Of a stretch of 64,000 bases of DNA, positions 59,876-64,000 are shown in pieces. The position numbers were made by a program, and so were the translations under genes. Position 1 is the first letter of the stretch. Each line of letters opens with the position of its first letter. A model generated the notes under the pieces. The model saw only the letters and a list, made by a program, of their open reading frames with translations. It ran no database searches and was not told where the DNA came from. The stretch comes from an uncultured Armatimonadetes bacterium (lineage in GTDB: Bacteria > Armatimonadota > UBA5829 > DTJY01): the NCBI GenBank assembly GCA_963717145.1, contig OY970325.1, forward strand, positions 3,010,448-3,074,447, read 5' to 3'.

Positions 59876-61522
59876 ATGGAATGGCAGAGGACGAAGAAAT
59901 GCGGCGAGTTGACGGCTGAGAACATCGGGCAGGAAGTACGCCTGAACGGTTGGGTCCAGAAGCGGCGTGACCACGGCGGACTGATCTTCATCGATCTCAG
60001 GGATCGCTGGGGAACCGTTCAGGTCGTGGTCGATCCTAGCCATGCGAAGGAGGCCCACGCAGCGGCGGAATCCGTCCGGAGCGAGTACGTTCTCAGCGTG
60101 CAGGGCAAGGTCCGGCAACGCCCCGAGGGCACCGAGAACCCGAACCTCAACACCGGGCAGGTGGAAGTCGTCACCGACCAGATCTTCATTCTCAACACTT
60201 CCAAGACGCCTCCGTTCCCGATCTCGGATGAGGTCGATGTGGACGAACTCGTTCGTCTGAAGTACCGGTATCTCGACCTCCGGCGACCTGCGATGCAGGA
60301 GAAGCTGATCCTCCGGCACAGGCTCATCAAGCTGATGCGCGATTTCCTCGACGCCCGCGAGTTCCTCGAGATCGAGACGCCGATCCTGATCAAGAGCACC
60401 CCCGAGGGCGCGCGCGACTACCTCGTGCCCAGCCGGCTCTATCCCGGCAGCTTCTACGCACTGCCCCAGTCGCCTCAGCAGCTCAAGCAGCTTCTCATGG
60501 TGGCCGGCATCGAGCGCTATTTCCAGATCGCCAAGTGCTTCCGCGACGAGGACCCTCGAGCCGACCGCCAGCCGGAGTTCACACAGCTCGACCTCGAGAT
60601 GTCATTCGCCAAGCAGGACGATATCCTGGAGGTCACCGAGTCGCTGATGATCCAGATCGTCGAGACGCTCTCCGACAAGAAGATCGTGAAGCCATTCCCG
60701 CGACTCACATACGCTCAGGCTATGGACAGATACGGCTCGGACAAGCCGGACCTGCGCTTCGGGCTCGAACTCATAAGCTTCGACGATCTGGTGGCCGACA
60801 GCCAGTATATGGTCTTCCGGAACGCGCTCGACAAGGGCGGCCGGGTCAAGGGAATCCTCGCGCCGGGATGTGCGAGTTACAGCCGCAAGGATATCGACGA
60901 CATCACGGCGCTGGCCCGAACGTTCGGCGCGAAGGGACTGCTGACGATCCAGGTGACGCCGGAGGGCATCAAGTCGCCGAGCGCCAAGTATCTCACGGAG
61001 CAGGAGATGTCGAGCATCGTCGAGCGGGCAGGCGCGAAGGTCGGCGACATGATTATGATAGTCGCAGACGAGCCGGCGCTGGTCGCGAAGGCGCTCAGCG
61101 GGCTCAGGCTCGAGATCGGCGACCGGCTCAACCTGCGCGACCCGAACATGCTCTACTTCCTGTGGGTCGTCGATTTCCCGATGTTCGAATGGGACGAGAA
61201 GGCCAACCGCTGGGATTCGGCGCACCATCCGTTCACCTCGCCACACGAGGACGACATCGCCCTGCTCGACTCGGATCCGGGCAAGGCGAGGTCGAATGCA
61301 TACGACCTCGTGTGCAGTGGAGCTGAGGTCGCGAGTGGAAGCATCAGGATCCACCAGCGCGAGGTCCAGGAGAAGGTCTTCCGGCTGCTCAACATCCCCG
61401 AGGAGGAGCAGGTCGCGCGGTTCGGGCACATGCTCGAGGCCTTCGAGTACGGCGCCCCACCCCACGGCGGAATCGCTCCCGGCATCGACCGCCTGGTGAT
61501 GTTGATGCTCGGGCGAGGATAA
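59876..61522 (+). CDS. aspS: aspartate--tRNA ligase (main part; frame break at the GGG run 61511-61513)
   Basis: [27 protein letters not shown]..., [10 protein letters not shown], and class II motifs. It ends prematurely at ...[13 protein letters not shown]. Confidence 0.9.
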   Translation: MEWQRTKKCGELTAENIGQEVRLNGWVQKRRDHGGLIFIDLRDRWGTVQVVVDPSHAKEAHAAAESVRSEYVLSVQGKVRQRPEGTENPNLNTGQVEVVTDQIFILNTSKTPPFPISDEVDVDELVRLKYRYLDLRRPAMQEKLILRHRLIKLMRDFLDAREFLEIETPILIKSTPEGARDYLVPSRLYPGSFYALPQSPQQLKQLLMVAGIERYFQIAKCFRDEDPRADRQPEFTQLDLEMSFAKQDDILEVTESLMIQIVETLSDKKIVKPFPRLTYAQAMDRYGSDKPDLRFGLELISFDDLVADSQYMVFRNALDKGGRVKGILAPGCASYSRKDIDDITALARTFGAKGLLTIQVTPEGIKSPSAKYLTEQEMSSIVERAGAKVGDMIMIVADEPALVAKALSGLRLEIGDRLNLRDPNMLYFLWVVDFPMFEWDEKANRWDSAHHPFTSPHEDDIALLDSDPGKARSNAYDLVCSGAEVASGSIRIHQREVQEKVFRLLNIPEEEQVARFGHMLEAFEYGAPPHGGIAPGIDRLVMLMLGRG

Positions 61523-61667
61523 CATCCGCGAGGTGATCGCGTTCCCGAAGACGGCGACGGCATACGATCCGATGACCGAGGCGCCCTCGCCGGTCACCGA
61601 GGAGCAGCTCAAGGAGTTGCACATCAAGCTCCGCGAGGGAGCGGCATCGGATATTCGGACAGTCTGA
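61515..61667 (+). CDS. aspS: aspartate--tRNA ligase, displaced C-terminal 50 codons
   Basis: The next frame reads [39 protein letters not shown]..., the conserved AspRS motif 3 / C-terminus. Confidence 0.8.
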   Translation, partial: EDNIREVIAFPKTATAYDPMTEAPSPVTEEQLKELHIKLREGAASDIRTV

Positions 61668-61669
61668 GC

Positions 61670-61737
61670 GGAATGGTTGATGGTTCATGGGGCGATCCGC
61701 CGTTAGCCATCAACCATCTCCCCATTGACCATTCCCC
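61670..61737. repeat. repeat family E element (imperfect hairpin)
   Basis: GGAATGGTTGATGGTTCATGGGG ... CCATCAACCATCTCCCCATTGACCATTCCCC. Confidence 0.7.
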
Positions 61738-61749
61738 TGAATGTACCCC

Positions 61750-61778
61750 TTGATTTTCGTGGCATCCCCTGCTAATGT
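61750..61778 (+). promoter_or_regulatory. sigma70-type promoter for ORF 61829..63433
   Basis: TTGATT-ttcgtggcatcccctgc-TAATGT (17-bp spacer), 50 nt upstream of the ATG. GAGGTG RBS. Confidence 0.45.
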
Positions 61779-61828
61779 GGTATCGAGCCGGTTGGCAGAC
61801 GGCGATCATCCCAGCAGAGGTGACATGA

Positions 61829-63433
61829 ATGAAATACACTACGACGGCATCCCTCGGTATTCTCATGCTGCTTGTCGCGAGCTTAGGCCTGGCGCAAGAC
61901 GCCGACCCGCGCCTGGATCAGAAGATCGGCACAAAGGCGCTCGGACAACCGCTGGGCAGCTTCGTGACGGCGCTCGGCATCCAGACCGGAGTCACTGTGA
62001 AGGCCGACAAAGGCGTGGCAGACCACAAGATCACTGTCCTGACCAAGGACCTCCCACTCTCCCAGCTACTCTCGGGAATCGCCGACGCCCTGCATATCCA
62101 ACTCAGAAGCGCGAAGAGCGACAACGGCACACTGGTCTACGAGTTCTACGAGGAAGCAGCTTCCAAGAAGAAGGCTGATCAGCTCTATAGAGATTCCAAA
62201 ACCGGGCTTCAGAGGCAGACGGACCATGCCGCCGATGTGCTGAGGCTCAACCTGCCGGCCGATGAGCTTCAGAAGAAGATCGAAGCCGACCCCCTGGCTT
62301 CGCCCTACCTCGGCGACGCGAGTTTCCGGACCGGGATCGAGGTGTACAGCAAGCTTTCCGACAAAGACCGCGCGAGGTTGTGGAATGTGGGCTCGCTGCC
62401 GGTCTCGCTGGACAAGGTGCCCGAGGACACCCGCAAGAAGATCGTCGAGATGTATGACCAGAACCGCAAGCAGCGCGAGGAGGCGGACAAGGTCAAGCTT
62501 ACGGACACAGTGGCGTCCCTGGCCTTCGAGATGCAGGACGATCCGCTGGCTGGAAGATCGCTCTCGTTCAACATAGTCGGCAGTGGGACACACGGCATGA
62601 CCTACATGTATATGCAGGTCGAGGAATCCGGCCCTGATCTGCTTGGCAACGACGAGTTCTTCACCGTCAAGGAGAACAAGGATACGGGGGAGTATGAGAC
62701 TGAGACCAAACAGATCCCCGAGAAGCTGAACGTCGATGCCAACATCGAACTGCCGGACGTCACTATGCTCCAGGCGATGCAGCGACTCCACGACGCAACC
62801 GGGGTGAACATCATCGCCGACCACTATACTCCTCGCTATTCCGCTCAGGCCTATATAGACAAGTGGGCGATCACCCGAGGCGAGACCATAGCGCATGAGG
62901 TCGAGAAGATCACAGAGGTATACGGGTGCAAGTGGAAGCTCGCGGGCGACGCATGCGTCATTTGGAGCAAGTCCTGGTACGAGGATCGCAACGTCGAGAT
63001 ACCGATGTCGACCATTCAGCGATGGCAGTCGGCGTACCAGAAACTCCTGCAATTCGGATTGCCTGAGCTTGTCGAGATGGCTCTTCTGAGTGACAAGCAG
63101 CAGAGAACGTTCCGCTACTATGGCCTGTCAGTCCCCGACTCGTTGTACCCGTCAATGCGCGCGCTCAGGTTCTATTCGTCCCTCGCTCCATCCGAGCTGG
63201 AGCAGGCGGCCTCCGAGCAGGGACTCTCGGCGGACAAGCTGGCGGAGGATCAGAAGCAGGCCTTGATCCACTGGCTGACATCGCCCGTGGGCCCGGAACG
63301 GAAGCCGTCGCAGTTCTCAGACGAATCAGCGCCGGGAGCGAACATCCGGATCTTTGAGAGGGACGCGGAGTGGGTTTTCCGCGTGCAGACATCAAAGGGA
63401 CCAGTGCGAGAGGATATCTTGAAGCTCAAGTAA
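61829..63433 (+). CDS. hypothetical secreted protein (534 aa)
   Basis: Signal peptide MKYTTTASLGILMLLVASLGLAQ. The N-terminal ~80 aa resemble a secretin/TonB short N-terminal (STN)-type fold (LGSFVTALGIQTGVTVKAD...ITVLTKDLPLSQLL). The rest is unassigned. Confidence 0.75.
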   Translation: MKYTTTASLGILMLLVASLGLAQDADPRLDQKIGTKALGQPLGSFVTALGIQTGVTVKADKGVADHKITVLTKDLPLSQLLSGIADALHIQLRSAKSDNGTLVYEFYEEAASKKKADQLYRDSKTGLQRQTDHAADVLRLNLPADELQKKIEADPLASPYLGDASFRTGIEVYSKLSDKDRARLWNVGSLPVSLDKVPEDTRKKIVEMYDQNRKQREEADKVKLTDTVASLAFEMQDDPLAGRSLSFNIVGSGTHGMTYMYMQVEESGPDLLGNDEFFTVKENKDTGEYETETKQIPEKLNVDANIELPDVTMLQAMQRLHDATGVNIIADHYTPRYSAQAYIDKWAITRGETIAHEVEKITEVYGCKWKLAGDACVIWSKSWYEDRNVEIPMSTIQRWQSAYQKLLQFGLPELVEMALLSDKQQRTFRYYGLSVPDSLYPSMRALRFYSSLAPSELEQAASEQGLSADKLAEDQKQALIHWLTSPVGPERKPSQFSDESAPGANIRIFERDAEWVFRVQTSKGPVREDILKLK

Positions 63434-63531
63434 GCGGTCACACCTGGAGCGCTATGGAGTTTTGCGCACCGCATATGAGGGCATAAAGATATTGACGCAG
63501 GGCTCCACGCATCCTGCGGAGGAGACCCTGA

Positions 63532-63999
63532 ATGAGCATCGGCAGCTACATCGTAGTATTGATCGTATTGGGAATCGTCTCCGGACACCTGACGCATATC
63601 ATGGTTTCCGGAGTCATCTTTCGTGGATTGCGTCATAAGATCAAGAAACTGGGAGAGACAAGAGGCGGCAAGTGGGAGTTCTTCAGCGAAGGGTTCCGCT
63701 GCCAGTTGTGCTCGGGAATCTGGTACTCCTCAATCATCGCGCTGTGGTTGACGATCGCGATATACGTCCTCAAGCCTTCCTTGTGGGCAACCATTGCTGA
63801 GCACCCGCTGGGCCGGTTGGTGCCGTTTGCGTGGATCAGCCTATTCATCATGCAGGCATTCTTCATAGCGGCCGTGGGGCACTTGTTCCGCGAAATCGTC
63901 GGCCTGGTGGAGGATCAGCGGACTCACCAGGAAGGCGAGACCAACATGCTGGAGCAGACGATGCGCCGCATGAGTTCAGACGAGCCTGCGGACAAGTAA
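63532..63999 (+). CDS. integral membrane protein, possibly DUF1360-like
   Basis: 155 aa. Three to four TM helices with a CQLCSGIW motif between them. GGAGGAG RBS. The family assignment is from memory only. Confidence 0.7.
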   Translation: MSIGSYIVVLIVLGIVSGHLTHIMVSGVIFRGLRHKIKKLGETRGGKWEFFSEGFRCQLCSGIWYSSIIALWLTIAIYVLKPSLWATIAEHPLGRLVPFAWISLFIMQAFFIAAVGHLFREIVGLVEDQRTHQEGETNMLEQTMRRMSSDEPADK

Positions 64000-64000
64000 T

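Noticed and set aside
854-61737. Whether the many direct and inverted repeats could be a CRISPR array.
   Set aside because: There is no array of one identical 24-48-bp repeat with regularly sized unique spacers. The only tandem array (854-1063) has identical spacers. No cas genes are present.
61759-61775. A possible sigma54 site TGGCATCCCCTGCTAA upstream of ORF 61829. Also TGGCAG at 55924 and TGGCAC at 4474 and 20373.
   Set aside because: The -12 GC is not at the required spacing from the -24 GG. At 61750-61778 the same bases fit a sigma70 TTGATT-N17-TAATGT promoter instead. The sites at 4474 and 20373 lie inside a hairpin loop and an IS, respectively.

Overview
High-GC segment (about 65% in a typical gene line I hand-counted) from a diderm-type bacterium; I cannot place the taxon from sequence alone. 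Diderm markers are Lgt/LspA, TonB-ExbBD, a GspEFGH type II secretion/type IV pilus-like operon and a PEP-CTERM sorting signal. I support about 55 protein-coding genes or gene fragments and one tRNA-Arg.

Gene content from left to right:
- gspH-like/gspG/gspF/gspE.
- A lower-GC accessory island (about 5.3-9.1 kb) with orphan genes, an ISAs1 remnant and an att-like duplication.
- A QueG-like Fe-S protein, a sulfotransferase, OsmC and a sulfatase.
- recQ(-HEAT)/comF-like/dprA.
- Four tandem URO-D/MtaA-family paralogs, split by an IS1182-family element.
- A PAP2/haloperoxidase-like protein.
- A ~1,890-aa four-module beta-helix surface protein.
- tRNA-Arg, DUF951, rluD, lgt, lspA and a DksA/TraR-like gene; rfbD.
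- REC-PilZ, a DNA-binding-domain-less sigma54 activator and a multi-GAF histidine kinase.
- HIT, mtaB, a PEP-CTERM protein, an epimerase, DUF5679, a K+ channel, tsaD-rimI.
- tonB-exbD-exbB, an anti-sigma/ECF sigma pair, a beta-propeller protein.
- mscS, hisS, a GH28-like protein, aspS, and two hypotheticals.

Main hunting results:
1. An unusually dense set (more than 20 loci, at least 5 families) of long GTAG-headed REP/REPIN-like palindromes. One element is nested inside another, and four gene stop codons lie inside repeat heads.
2. A candidate sigma54 regulon. It has three strong -24/-12 promoters: two in tandem upstream of the PEP-CTERM gene and one upstream of REC-PilZ. They sit near an NtrC-type activator that lacks an HTH domain and its GAF-rich kinase.
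3. A low-GC island whose orphan genes carry near-perfect sigma70 consensus promoters, plus a 140-bp direct duplication of a gene 3' end flanking a one-gene cassette.
4. Six split genes, most of them next to short G/C runs, plus an odd tRNA acceptor stem. This looks more like indel errors in the assembly than real pseudogenes.

No CRISPR array, rRNA or recognisable defence system was seen.
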